The notes under the pieces: generated by a model
Database searches by the model: none
What the model was told of the DNA's origin: nothing
Seen by the model: the letters and a program-made list of their open reading frames with translations, nothing else
Shown here: in pieces, positions 11,795 through 26,600 of the stretch
Layout of the letters: each line of letters opens with the position of its first letter
How positions within the stretch are numbered: position 1 is the stretch's first letter
Translations under genes and position numbers: made by a program
Assembly: GCA_964057225.1 (NCBI GenBank)
Contig: CAXKVF010000073.1
Span: forward strand, 1,054,001 to 1,118,000
Source of the DNA: Auanema rhodensis
Taxonomy: Eukaryota > Animalia > Nematoda
Length of the DNA: 64,000 bases
Direction: 5' to 3'

Positions 11795-14610
11795 GAACCA
11801 ATATCAATACAAATTTGTTTTTAGACTAATATGGACATGGGGAATCTAATTTTGAAAACCGCATCTCTTTATCTTTCACGTGAAGCGAGTTACATACCAA
11901 GTTCACATCACGTGTACATTTAATTAGCATAAATTAAAGTTCACGTAAAATTCAAAGTCATGGTTACCATGCACCAATATCAATAAAAATTTGTTTTTAG
12001 ACTAATATGGACATGGGGAATCTAATTTTGAAAACCGCATCTCTTTATCTTTCACGTGAAGCGAGTTACATACCAAGTGCACATCACGTGTACATTTAAT
12101 TAGCATAAATTAAAGTTCACGTAAATTTCAAAGTCATGGTTACCATGCACCAATATCAATAAAAATTTGTTTTTAGACTAATATGGACATGGGAAATCTA
12201 ATTTTGAAAACCGCATCTCTTTATCTTTCACGTGAAGCGAGTTACATACCAAGTGCACATCACGTGTACATTTAATTAGCATGAATTAAAGTTCACGTAA
12301 ATTTCAAAGTCATGGTTACCATGCACCAATATCAATAAAATTTTGTTTTTAGACTGATATGGACATGGGGAATCTAATTTTGAAAACAGCATCTCTTCAT
12401 CTTTCACGTGAAGCGAGTTACATACCAAGTGCAAATCACGTGTACATTTAGTTAGCATAAATTAAAGTTCACGTAAATTTCAAAGTCATGGTTACCATGA
12501 ACCAATATCAATACAAATTTGTTTTTAGACTAATATGGACATGGGGAATCTAATTTTGAAAACCGCATCTCTTTATCTTTCACGTGAAGCGAGTTACATA
12601 CCAAGTGCAAATCACGTGTACATTTAATTAGCATAAATTAAAGTTCACGTAAATTTCAAAGTCATGGTTACCATGCACCAATATCAATAAAAATTTGTTT
12701 TTAGACTAATATGGACATGGGGAATTCAATTTTGAAAACCGCATCTCTTTATCTTTCACGTGAAGCGAGTTACATACCAAGTGCACATCACGTGTACATT
12801 TAATTAGCATGAATTAAAGTTCACGTAAATTTCAAAGTCATGGTTACCATGCACCAATATCAATAAAATTTTGTTTTTAGACTAATATGGACATGGGGAA
12901 TCTAATTTTGAAAACAGCATCTCTTCATCTTTCACGTGAAGCGAGTTACATACCAAGTGCAAATCACGTGTACATTTAATTAGCATAAATTAAAGTTCAC
13001 GTAAATTTCAAAGTCATGGTTACCATGAACCAATATCAATACAAATTCGTTTTTAGACTAATATGGACATGGGGAATCTAATTTTGAAAACCGCATCTCT
13101 TTATCTTTCACGTGAAGCGAGTTACATACCAAGTGCAAATCACGTGTACATTTAATTAGCATAAATTAAAGTTCACGTAAATTTCAAAGTCATGGTTACC
13201 ATGAACCAATATCAATACAAATTTGTTTTTAGACTAATATGGACATGGGGAATCTAATTTTGAAAACCGCATCTCTTTATCTTTCACGTGAAGCGAGTTA
13301 CATACCAAGTGCACATCACGTGTACATTTAATTAGCATAAATTAAAGTTCACGTAAATTTCAAAGTCATGGTTACCATGCACCAATATCAATAAAAATTT
13401 GTTTTTAGACTAATATGGACATGGGGAATCTAATTTTGAAAACCGCATCTCTTTATCTTTCACGTGAAGCGAGTTACATACCAAGTGCACATCACGTGTA
13501 CATTTAATTAGCATAAATTAAAGTTCACGTAAATTTCAAAGTCATGGTTACCATGCACCAATATCAATAAAAATTTGTTTTTAGACTAATATGGACATGA
13601 AGAATCTAATTTTGAAAACCGCATCTCTTTATCTTTCACGTGAAGCGAGTTACATACCAAGTGCACATCACGTGTACATTTAATTAGCATAAATTAAAGT
13701 TCACGTAAATTTCAAAGTCATGGTTACCATGAACCAATATCAATACAAATTTGTTTTTAGACTAATATGGACATGGGGAATCTAATTTTGAAAACCGCAT
13801 CTCTTTATCTTTCACGTGAAGCGAGTTACATACCAAGTTCACATCACGTGTACATTTAATTAGCATAAATTAAAGTTCACGTAAAATTCAAAGTCATGGT
13901 TACCATGCACCAATATCAATAAAAATTTGTTTTTAGACTAATATGGACATGGGGAATCTAATTTTGAAAACCGCATCTCTTTATCTTTCACGTGAAGCGA
14001 GTTACATACCAAGTGCACATCACGTGTACATTTAATTAGCATAAATTAAAGTTCACGTAAATTTCAAAGTCATGGTTACCATGCACCAATATCAATAAAA
14101 ATTTGTTTTTAGACTAATATGGACATGGGAAATCTAATTTTGAAAACCGCATCTCTTTATCTTTCACGTGAAGCGAGTTACATACCAAGTGCACATCACG
14201 TGTACATTTAATTAGCATAAATTAAAGTTCACGTAAATTTCAAAGTCATGGTTACCATGCACCAATATCAATAAAATTTTGTTTTTAGACTAATATGGAC
14301 ATGGGGAATCTAATTTTGAAAACAGCATCTTTTCATCTTTCACGTGAAGCGAGTTACATACCAAGTGCACATCACGTGTACATTTAATTAGCATAAATTA
14401 AAGTTCACGTAAATTTCAAAGTCATGGTTACCATGCACCAATATCAATGAAAATTTGTTTTTAGACTAATATGGACATGGGGAATCTAATTTTGAAAACC
14501 GCATCTCTTTATCTTTCACGTGAAGCTAGTTACATACCAAGTGCACATCACGTGTACATTTAATTAGCATGAATTAAAGTTCACGTAAATTTCAAAGTCA
14601 TGGTTACCAT
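10739..14610 (+). repeat. 11-mer (1936 bp) higher-order duplication, M62-72 versus M73-83
   Basis: EcoRI variant at 10786 and 12722. The 16C+109T+156A monomer is at 11795 and 13731, and 48A at 12147 and 14083, all 1936 bp apart. Confidence 0.82.
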
Positions 14611-17600
14611 GAACCAATATCAATACAAATTTGTTTTTAGACTAATATGGACATGGGGAATCTAATTTTGAAAACCGCATCTCTTTATCTTTCACGTGAA
14701 GCGAGTTACATACCAAGTGCAAATCACGTGTACATTTAATTAGCATAAATTAAAGTTCACGTAAATTTCAAAGTCATGGTTACCATGAACCAATATCAAT
14801 ACAAATTTGTTTTTAGACTAATATGGACATGGGGAATCTAATTTTGAAAACCGCATCTCTTTATCTTTCACGTGAAGCGAGTTACATACCAAGTGCACAT
14901 CACGTGTACATTTAATTAGCATAAATTAAAGTTCACGTAAATTTCAAAGTCATGGTTACCATGCACCAATATCAATAAAAATTTGTTTTTAGACTAATAT
15001 GGACATGGGGAATCTAATTTTGAAAACCGCATCTCTTTATCTTTCACGTGAAGCGAGTTACATACCAAGTGCACATCACGTGTACATTTAATTAGCATAA
15101 ATTAAAGTTCACGTAAATTTCAAAGTCATGGTTACCATGCACCAATATCAATAAAAATTTGTTTTTAGACTAATATAGACATGAAGAATCTAATTTTGAA
15201 AACCGCATCTCTTTATCTTTCACGTGAAGCGAGTTACATACCAAGTGCACATCACGTGTACATTTAATTAGCATAAATTAAAGTTCACGTAAATTTCAAA
15301 GTCATGGTTACCATGCACCAATATCAATAAAAATTTGTTTTTAGACTAATATGGACATGGGGAATCTAATTTTGAAAACCGCATCTCTTTATCTTTCACG
15401 TGAAGCGAGTTACATACCAAGTGCACATCACGTGTACATTTAATTAGCATAAATTAAAGTTCACGTAAATTTCAAAGTCATGGTTACCATGCACCAATAT
15501 CAATAAAAATTTGTTTTTAGACTAATATGGACATGGGAAATCTAATTTTGAAAACCGCATCTCTTTATCTTTCACGTGAAGCGAGTTACATACCAAGTGC
15601 ACATCACGTGTACATTTAATTAGCATAAATTAAAGTTCACGTAAATTTCAAAGTCATGGTTACCATGCACCAATATCAATAAAATTTTGTTTTTAGACTA
15701 ATATGGACATGGGGAATCTAATTTTGAAAACAGCATCTCTTCATCTTTCACGTGAAGCGAGTTACATACCAAGTGCACATCACGTGTACATTTAATTAGC
15801 ATAAATTAAAGTTCACGTAAATTTCAAAGTCATGGTTACCATGCACCAATATCAATGAAAATTTGTTTTTAGACTAATATGGACATGGGGAATCTAATTT
15901 TGAAAACCGCATCTCTTTATCTTTCACGTGAAGCTAGTTACATACCAAGTGCACATCACGTGTACATTTAATTAGCATGAATTAAAGTTCACGTAAATTT
16001 CAAAGTCATGGTTACCATGCACCAATATCAATAAAATTTTGTTTTTAGACTAATATGGACATGGGGAATCTAATTTTGAAAACAGCATCTCTTCATCTTT
16101 CACGTGAAGCGAGTTACATACCAAGTGCAAATCACGTGTACATTTAATTAGCATAAATTAAAGTTCACGTAAATTTCAAAGTTATGGTTACCATGAACCA
16201 ATATCAATACAAATTTGTTTTTAGACTAATATGGACATGGGGAATCTAATTTTGAAAACCGCATCTCTTTATCTTTCACGTGAAGCGAGTTACATACCAA
16301 GTGCAAATCACGTGTACATTTAATTAGCATAAATTAAAGTTCACGTAAATTTCAAAGTCATGGTTACCATGAACCAATATCAATACAAATTTGTTTTTAG
16401 ACTAATATGGACATGGGGAATCTAATTTTGAAAACCGCATCTCTTTATCTTTCACGTGAAGCGAGTTACATACCAAGTGCACATCACGTGTACATTTAAT
16501 TAGCATAAATTAAAGTTCACGTAAATTTCAAAGTCATGGTTACCATGCACCAATATCAATAAAAATTTGTTTTTAGACTAATATGGACATGGGGAATCTA
16601 ATTTTGAAAACCGCATCTCTTTATCTTTCACGTGAAGCGAGTTACATACCAAGTGCACATCACGTGTACATTTAATTAGCATAAATTAAAGTTCACGTAA
16701 ATTTCAAAGTCATGGTTACCATGCACCAATATCAATAAAAATTTGTTTTTAGACTAATATGGACATGGGGAATCTAATTTTGAAAACCGCATCTCTTTAT
16801 CTTTCACGTGAAGCGAGTTACATACCAAGTGCACATCACGTGTACATTTAATTAGCATAAATTAAAGTTCACGTAAATTTCAAAGTCATGGTTACCATGA
16901 AGCAATATCAATAGAAATTTGTTCTTAGACTAATATGGACATGGGGAATCTAATTTTGAAAACCGCATCTCTTTATCTTTCACGTGAAGCGAGTTACATA
17001 CCAAGTGCACATCACGTGTACATTTAATTAGCATAAATTAAAGTTCACGTAAATTTCAAAGTCATGGTTACCATGAACCAATATCAATAAAAATTTGTTT
17101 TTAGACTAATATGGACATGGGGAATCTAATTTTGAAAACCGCATCTCTTTATCTTTCACGTGAAGCCAGTTACATACCAAGTGCACATCACGTGTACATT
17201 TAATTAGCATAAATTAAAGTTCACGTAAATTTCAAAGTCATGGTTACCATGCACCAATATCAATAAAAATTTGTTTTTAGACTAATATGGACATGGGGAA
17301 TCTAATTTTGAAAACCGCATCTCTTTATCTTTCACGTGAAGCGAGTTACATACCAAGTGCACATCACGTGTACATTTAATTAGCATAAATTAAAGTTCAC
17401 GTAAATTTCAAAGTCATGGTTACCATGAACCAATATCAATAAAAATTTGTTTTTAGACTAATATGGACATGGGGAATCTAATTTTGAAAACCGCATCTCT
17501 TTATCTTTCACGTGAAGCGAGTTACATACCAAGTGCACATCACGTGTACATTTAATTAGCATGAATTAAAGTTCACGTAAATTTCAAAGTCATGGTTACC

Positions 17601-20600
17601 ATGCACCAATATCGATAAAATTTTGTTTTTAGACTAATATGGACATGGGGAATCTAATTTTGAAAACAGCATCTCTTCATCTTTCACGTGAAGCGAGTTA
17701 CATACCAAGTGCAAATCACGTGTACATTTAATTAGCATAAATTAAAGTTCACGTAAATTTCAAAGTTATGGTTACCATGAACCAATATCAATACAAATTT
17801 GTTTTTAGACTAATATGGACATGGGGAATCTAATTTTGAAAACCGCATCTCTTTATCTTTCACGTGAAGCCAGTTACATACCAAGTGCACATCACGTGTA
17901 CATTTAATTAGCATAAATTAAAGTTCACGTAAATTTCAAAGTCATGGTTACCATGCACCAATATCAATAAAAATTTGTTTTTAGACTAATATGGACATGG
18001 GGAATCTAATTTTGAAAACCGCATCTCTTTATCTTTCACGTGAAGCGAGTTACATACCAAGTGCACATCACGTGTACATTTAATTAGCATAAATTAAAGT
18101 TCACGTAAATTTCAAAGTCATGGTTACCATGCACCAATATCAATAAAAATTTGTTTTTAGAATAATATGGACATGGGGAATCTAATTTTGAAAACCGCAT
18201 CTCTTTATCTTTCACGTGAAGCGAGTTACATACCAAGTGCACATCACGTGTACATTTAATTAGCATAAATTAAAGTTCACGTAAATTTCAAAGTCATGGT
18301 TACCATGCACCAATATCAATAAAAATTTGTTTTTAGACTAATATGGACATGGGGAATCTAATTTTGAAAACCGCATCTCTTTATCTTTCACGTGAAGCGA
18401 GTTACATACCAAGTGCACATCACGTGTACATTTAATTAGCATAAATTAAAGTTCACGTAAATTTCAAAGTCATGGTTACCATGCACCAATATCAATAAAA
18501 ATTTGTTTTTAGACTAATATGGACATGGGGAATCTAATTTTGAAAACCGCATCTCTTTATCTTTCACGTGAAGCGAGTTACATACCAAGTGCACATCACG
18601 TGTACATTTAATTAGCATAAATTAAAGTTCACGTAAATTTCAAAGTCATGGTTACCATGAACCAATATCAATAAAAATTTGTTTTTAGACTAATATGGAC
18701 ATGGGGAATCTACTTTTGAAAACCGCATCTCTTTATCTTTCACGTGAAGCGAGTTACATACCAAGTGCACATCACGTGTACATTTAATTAGCATAAATTA
18801 AAGTTCACGTAAATTTCAAAGTCATGGTTACCATGAACCAATATCAATAAAAATTTGTTTTTAGACTAATATGGATATGGGGAATCTAATTTTGAAAACC
18901 GCATCTCTTTATCTTTCACGTGAAGCGAGTTACATACCAAGTGCACATCACGTGTACATTTAATTAGCATAAATTAAAGTTCACGTAAATTTCAAAGTCA
19001 TGGTTACCATGAACCAATATCAATAAAAATTTGTTTTTAGACTAATATGGACATGGGGAATCTACTTTTGAAAACCGCATCTCTTTATCTTTCACGTGAA
19101 GCGAGTTACATACCAAGTGCACATCACGTGTACATTTAATTAGCATAAATTAAAGTTCACGTAAATTTCAAAGTCATGGTTACCATGAACCAATATCAAT
19201 AAAAATTTGTTTTTAGACTAATATGGACATGGGGAATCTAATTTTGAAAACCGCATCTCTTTATATTTCACGTGAGGCGAGTTACATACCAAGTGCACAT
19301 CACGTGTACATTTAATTAGCATAAATTAAAGTTCACGTAAATTTCAAAGTCATGGTTACCATGAACCAATATCAATAAAAATTTGTTTTTAGACTAATAT
19401 GGACATGGGGAATCTACTTTTGAAAACCGCATCTCTTTATCTTTCACGTGAAGCGAGTTACATACCAAGTGCACATCACGTGTACATTTAATTAGCATAA
19501 ATTAAAGTTCACGTAAATTTCAAAGTCATGGTTACCATGAACCAATATCAATAAAAATTTGTTTTTAGACTAATATGGATATGGGGAATCTAATTTTGAA
19601 AACCGCATCTCTTTATCTTTCACGTGAAGCGAGTTACATACCAAGTGCACATCACGTGTACATTTAATTAGCATAAATTAAAGTTCACGTAAATTTCAAA
19701 GTCATGGTTACCATGAACCAATATCAATTAAAATTTGTTTTTAGACTAATATGGACATGGGCAATCTAATTGTGAAAACCGCATCTCTTTATCTTTCACG
19801 TGAAGCGAGTTACATACCAAGTGCACATCACGTGTACATTTAATTAGCATAAATTAAAGTTCACGTAAATTTCAAAGTCATGGTTACCATGCACCAATAT
19901 CAATAAAAATTTGTTTTTAGACTAATATGGACATGGGGAATCTACTTTTGAAAACCGCATCTCTTTATCTTTCACGTGAAGCGAGTTACATACCAAGTGC
20001 ACATCACGTGTACATTTAATTAGCATAAATTAAAGTTCACGTAAATTTCAAAGTCATGGTTACCATGAACCAATATCAATAAAAATTTGTTTTTAGACTA
20101 ATATGGATATGGGGAATCTAATTTTGAAAACCGCATCTCTTTATCTTTCACGTGAAGCGAGTTACATACCAAGTGCACATCACGTGTACATTTAATTAGC
20201 ATAAATTAAAGTTCACGTAAATTTCAAAGTCATGGTTACCATGAACCAATATCAATTAAAATTTGTTTTTAGACTAATATGGACATGGGCAATCTAATTG
20301 TGAAAACCGCATCTCTTTATCTTTCACGTGAAGCGAGTTACATACCAAGTGCACATCACGTGTACATTTAATTAGCATAAATTAAAGTTCACGTAAATTT
20401 CAAAGTCATGGTTACCATGCACCAATATCAATAAAAATTTGTTTTTAGACTAATATGGACATGGGGAATCTAATTTTGAAAACCGCATCTCTTTATATTT
20501 CACGTGAGGCGAGTTACATACCAAGTGCACATCACGTGTACATTTAATTAGCATAAATTAAAGTTCACGTAAATTTCAAAGTCATGGTTACCATGCACCA

Positions 20601-23600
20601 ATATCAATAAAAATTTGTTTTTAGACTAATATGGACATGGGGAATCTAATTTTGAAAACCGCATCTCTTCATCTTTCACGTGAAGCGAGTTACATACCAA
20701 GTGCACATCACGTGTACATTTAATTAGCATAAATTAAAGTTCACGTAAATTTCAAAGTCATGGTTACCATGCACCAATATCAATAAAAATTTGTTTTTAG
20801 ACTAATATGGACATGGGGAATCTAATTTTGAAAACCGTATCTCTTTATCTTTCACGTGAAGCGAGTTACATACCAAGTGCACATCACGTGTACACTTAAT
20901 TAGCATAAATTAAAGTTCACGTAAATTTCAAAGTCATGGTTACCATGAACCAATATCAATAAAAATTTGTTTTTAGACTAATATGGACATGGGGAATCTA
21001 ATTTTGAAAACCGCATCTCTTTATCTTTCACGTGAAGCGAGTTACATACCAAGTGCACATCACGTGTACATTTAATTAGCATAAATTAAAGTTCACGTAA
21101 ATTTCAAAGTCGTGGTTACCATGCACCAATATCAATAAAAATTCGTTTTTAGACTAATATGGACATGGGGAATCTAATTTTGAAAACCGCATCTCTTTAT
21201 CTTTCACGTGAAGCGAGTTACATACCAAGTGCACATCACGTGTACATTTAATTAGCATAAATTAAAGTTCACGTAAATTTCAAAGTCATGGTTACCATGC
21301 ACCAATATCAATAAAAATTTGTTTTTAGACTAATATAGACATGGGGAATCTAATTTTGAAAACCGCATCTCTTTATCTTTCACGTGAAGCGAGTTACATA
21401 CCAAGTGCACATCACGTGTACATTTAATTAGCATAAATTAAAGTTCACGTAAATTTCAAAGTCATGGTTACCATGAACCAATATCAATTAAAATTTGTTT
21501 TTAGACTAATATGGACATGGGCAATCTAATTTTGAAAACCGCATCTCTTTATCTTTCACGTGAAGCGAGTTACATACCAAGTGCACATCACGTGTACATT
21601 TAATTAGCATAAATTAAAGTTCACGTAAATTTCAAAGTCGTGGTTACCATGCACCAATATCAATAAAAATTCGTTTTTAGACTAATATGGACATGGGGAA
21701 TCTAATTTTGAAAACCGCATCACTTTATCTTTCACGTGAAGCGAGTTACATACCAAGTGCACATCACGTGTACATTTAATTAGCATAAATTAAAGTTCAC
21801 GTAAATTTCAAAGTCATGGTTACCATGCACCAATATCAATAAAAATTTGTTTTTAGACTAATATAGACATGGGGAATCTAATTTTGAAAACCGCATCTCT
21901 TTATCTTTCACGTGAAGCGAGTTACATACCAAGTGCACATCACGTGTACATTTAATTAGCATAAATTAAAGTTCACGTAAATTTCAAAGTCATGGTTACC
22001 ATGAACCAATATCAATTAAAATTTGTTTTTAGACTAATATGGACATGGGCAATCTAATTTTGAAAACCGCATCTCTTTATCTTTCACGTGAAGCGAGTTA
22101 CATACCAAGTGCACATCACGTGTACATTTAATTAGCATAAATTAAAGTTCACGTAAATTTCAAAGTCATGGTTACCATGAACCAATATCAATAAAAATTT
22201 GTTTTTAGACTAATATGGACATGGGCAATCTAATTTTGAAAACCGCATCTCTTTATCTTTCACGTGAAGCGAGTTACATACCAAGTGCACATCACGTGTA
22301 CATTTAATTAGCATAAATTAAAGTTCACGTAAATTTCAAAGTCATGGTTACCATGAAGCAATATCAATAAAAATTTGTTTTTAGACTAATATGGACATGG
22401 GGAATCTAATTTTGAAAACCGCATCTCTTTATCTTTCACGTGAAGCGAGTTACATACCAAGTGCACATCACGTGTACATTTAATTAGCATAAATTAAAGT
22501 TCACGTAAATTTCAAAGTCATGGTTACCATGAACCAATATCAATAAAAATTTGTTTTTAGACTAATATGGACATGGGGAATCTAATTTTGAAAACCGCAT
22601 CTCTTTATCTTTCACGTGAAGCGAGTTACATACCAAGTGCACATCACGTGTACATTTAATTAGCATAAATTAAAGTTCACGTAAATTTCAAAGTCATGGT
22701 TACCATGAACCAATATCAATAAAAATTTGTTTTTAGACTAATATGGACATGGGGAATCTAATTTTGAAAACCGCATCTCTTTATCTTTCACGTGAAGCGA
22801 GTTACATACCAAGTGCACATCACGTGTACATTTAATTAGCATAAATTAAAGTTCACGTAAATTTCAAAGTCATGGTTACCATGCACCAATATCAATAAAA
22901 ATTTGTTTTTAGACTAATATGGACATGAAGGATCTAATTTTGAAAACCGCATCTCTTTATCTTTCACGTGAAGCGAGTTACATACCAAGTGCACATCACG
23001 TGTACATTTAATTAGCATAAATTAAAGTTCACGTAAATTTCAAAGTCATGGTTACCATGAACCAATATCAATAAAAATTTGTTTTTAGACTAATATGGAC
23101 ATGGGGAATCTAATTTTGAAAACCGCATCTCTTTATCTTTCACGTGAAGCGAGTTACATACCAAGTGCACATCACGTGTACATTTAATTAGCATAAATTA
23201 AAGTTCACGTAAATTTCAAAGTCATGGTTACCATGCACCAATATCAATAAAAATTTGTTTTTAGACTAATATGGACATGGGGAATCTAATTTTGAAAACC
23301 GCATCTCTTTATCTTTCACGTGAAGCGAGTTACATACCAAGTGCACATCACGTGTACATTTAATTAGCATAAATTAAAGTTCACGTAAATTTCAAAGTCA
23401 TGGTTACCATGAACCAATATCAATAAAAATTTGTTTTTAGACTAATATGGACATGGGGAATCTAATTTTGAAAACCGCATCTCTTTATCTTTCACGTGAA
23501 GCGAGTTACATACCAAGTGCACATCACGTGTACATTTAATTAGCATAAATTAAAGTTCACGTAAATTTCAAAGTCATGGTTACCATGCACCAATATCAAT

Positions 23601-26600
23601 AAAAATTTGTTTTTAGACTAATATGGACATGGGGAATCTAATTTTGAAAACCGCATCTCTTTATCTTTCACGTGAAGCGAGTTACATACCAAGTGCACAT
23701 CACGTGTACATTTAATTAGCATAAATTAAAGTTCACGTAAATTTCAAAGTCATGGTTACCATGAACCAATATCAATAAAAATTTGTTTTTAGACTAATAT
23801 GGACATGGGGAATCTACTTTTGAAAACCGCATCTCTTTATCTTTCACGTGAAGCGAGTTACATACCAAGTGCACATCACGTGTACATTTAATTAGCATAA
23901 ATTAAAGTTCACGTAAATTTCAAAGTCATGGTTACCATGAACCAATATCAATAAAAATTTGTTTTTAGACTAATATGGATATGGGGAATCTAATTTTGAA
24001 AACCGCATCTCTTTATCTTTCACGTGAAGCGAGTTACATACCAAGTGCACATCACGTGTACATTTAATTAGCATAAATTAAAGTTCACGTAAATTTCAAA
24101 GTCATGGTTACCATGAACCAATATCAATAAAAATTTGTTTTTAGACTAATATGGACATGGGGAATCTAATTTTGAAAACCGCATCTCTTTATCTTTCACG
24201 TGAAGCGAGTTACATACCAAGTGCACATCACGTGTACATTTAATTAGCATAAATTAAAGTTCACGTAAATTTCAAAGTCATGGTTACCATGAACCAATAT
24301 CAATTAAAATTTGTTTTTAGACTAATATGGACATGGGCAATCTAATTTTGAAAACCGCATCTCTTTATCTTTCACGTGAAGCGAGTTACATACCAAGTGC
24401 ACATCACGTGTACATTTAATTAGCATAAATTAAAGTTCACGTAAATTTCAAAGTCATGGTTACCATGAACCAATATCAATAAAAATTTGTTTTTAGACTA
24501 ATATGGACATGGGCAATCTAATTTTGAAAACCGCATCTCTTTATCTTTCACGTGAAGCGAGTTACATACCAAGTGCACATCACGTGTACATTTAATTAGC
24601 ATAAATTAAAGTTCACGTAAATTTCAAAGTCATGGTTACCATGCACCAATATCAATAAAAATTTGTTTTTAGACTAATATGGACATGAGGAATCTAATTT
24701 TGAAAACCGCATCTCTTTATCTTTCACGTGAAGCGAGTTACATACCGAGTGCACATCACGTGTACATTTAATTAGCATAAATTAAAGTTCACGTAAATTT
24801 CAAAGTCATGGTTACCATGCACCAATATCAATAAAAATTTGTTTTTAGACTAATATGGACATGGGGAATCTAATTTTGAAAACCGCATCTCTTCATCTTT
24901 CACGTGAAGCGAGTTACATACCAAGTGCACATCACGTCTAAATTTAATTAGCATAAATTAAAGTTCACGAAAATTTCAAAGTCATGGTTACCATGAACCA
25001 ATATCAATAAAAATTTGTTTTTAGACTAATATGGACATGGGCAATCTAATTTTGAAAACCGCATCTCTTTATCTTTCACGTGAAGCGAGTTACATACCAA
25101 GTGCACATCACGTGTACATTTAATTAGCATAAATTAAAGTTCACGTAAATTTCAAAGTCATGGTTACCATGCACCAATATCAATAAAATTTTGTTTTTAG
25201 ACTAATATGGACATGGGGAATCTAATTTTGAAAACCGCATCTCTTCATCTTTCACGTGAAGCGAGTTACATACCAAGTGCACATCACGTGTACATTTAAT
25301 TAGCATAAATTAAAGTTCACGTAAATTTCAAAGTCATGGTTACCATGAACCAATATCAATAAAAATTTGTTTTTAGACTAATATGGACATGGGGAATCTA
25401 ATTTTGAAAACCGCATCTCTTTATCTTTCACGTGAAGCGAGTTACATACCAAGTGCACATCACGTGTACATTTAATTAGCATAAATTAAAGTTCACGTAA
25501 ATTTCAAAGTCATGGTTACCATGAAGCAATATCAATAAAAATTTGTTTTTAGACTAATATGGACATGGGGAATCTAATTTTGAAAACCGCATCTCTTTAT
25601 CTTTCACGTGAAGCGAGTTACATACCAAGTGCACATCACGTGTACATTTAATTAGCATAAATTAAAGTTCACGTAAATTTCAAAGTCATGGTTACCATGA
25701 AGCAATATCAATAAAAATTTGTTTTTAGACTAATATGGACATGGGGAATCTAATTTTGAAAACCGCATCTCTTCATCTTTCACGTGAAGCGAGTTACATA
25801 CCAAGTGCACATCAAGTGTACATTTAATTAGCATAAATTAAAGTTCACGTAAATTTCAAAGTCATGGTTACCATGCACCAATATCAATAAAAATTTGTTT
25901 TTAGACTAATATGGACATGGGGAATCTAATTTTGAAAACCGCATCTCTTTATCTTTCACGTGAAGCGAGTTACATACCAAGTGCACATCACGTGTACATT
26001 TAATTAGCATAAATTAAAGTTCACGTAAATTTCAAAGTCATGGTTACCATGAAGCAATATCAATAAAAATTTGTTTTTAGACTAATATGGACATGGGGAA
26101 TCTAATTTTGAAAACCGCATCTCTTTATCTTTCACGTGAAGCGAGTTACATACCAAGTGCACATCACGTGTACATTTAATTAGCATAAATTAAAGTTCAC
26201 GTAAATTTCAAAGTCATGGTTACCATGAAGCAATATCAATAAAAATTTGTTTTTAGACTAATATGGACATGGGGAATCTAATTTTGAAAACCGCATCTCT
26301 TTATCTTTCACGTGAAGCGAGTTACATACCAAGTGCACATCACGTGTACATTTAATTAGCATAAATTAAAGTTCACGTAAATTTCAAAGTCATGGTTACC
26401 ATGAAGCAATATCAATAAAAATTTGTTTTTAGACTAATATGGACATGGGGAATCTAATTTTGAAAACCGCATCTCTTTATCTTTCACGTGAAGCGAGTTA
26501 CATACCAAGTGCACATCACGTGTACATTTAATTAGCATAAATTAAAGTTCACGTAAATTTCAAAGTCATGGTTACCATGAAGCAATATCAATAAAAATTT

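Noticed and set aside
130-18266. Five 60-aa minus-strand ORFs (130-312, 6996-7178, 11220-11402, 12276-12458, 18084-18266)
   Set aside because: They appear only where a point variant (32G, 34G or 32A) removes the consensus TAG stop (CTA at monomer positions 32-34). The monomer length is not a multiple of 3 and I see no recognisable domain, so these are repeat by-products.
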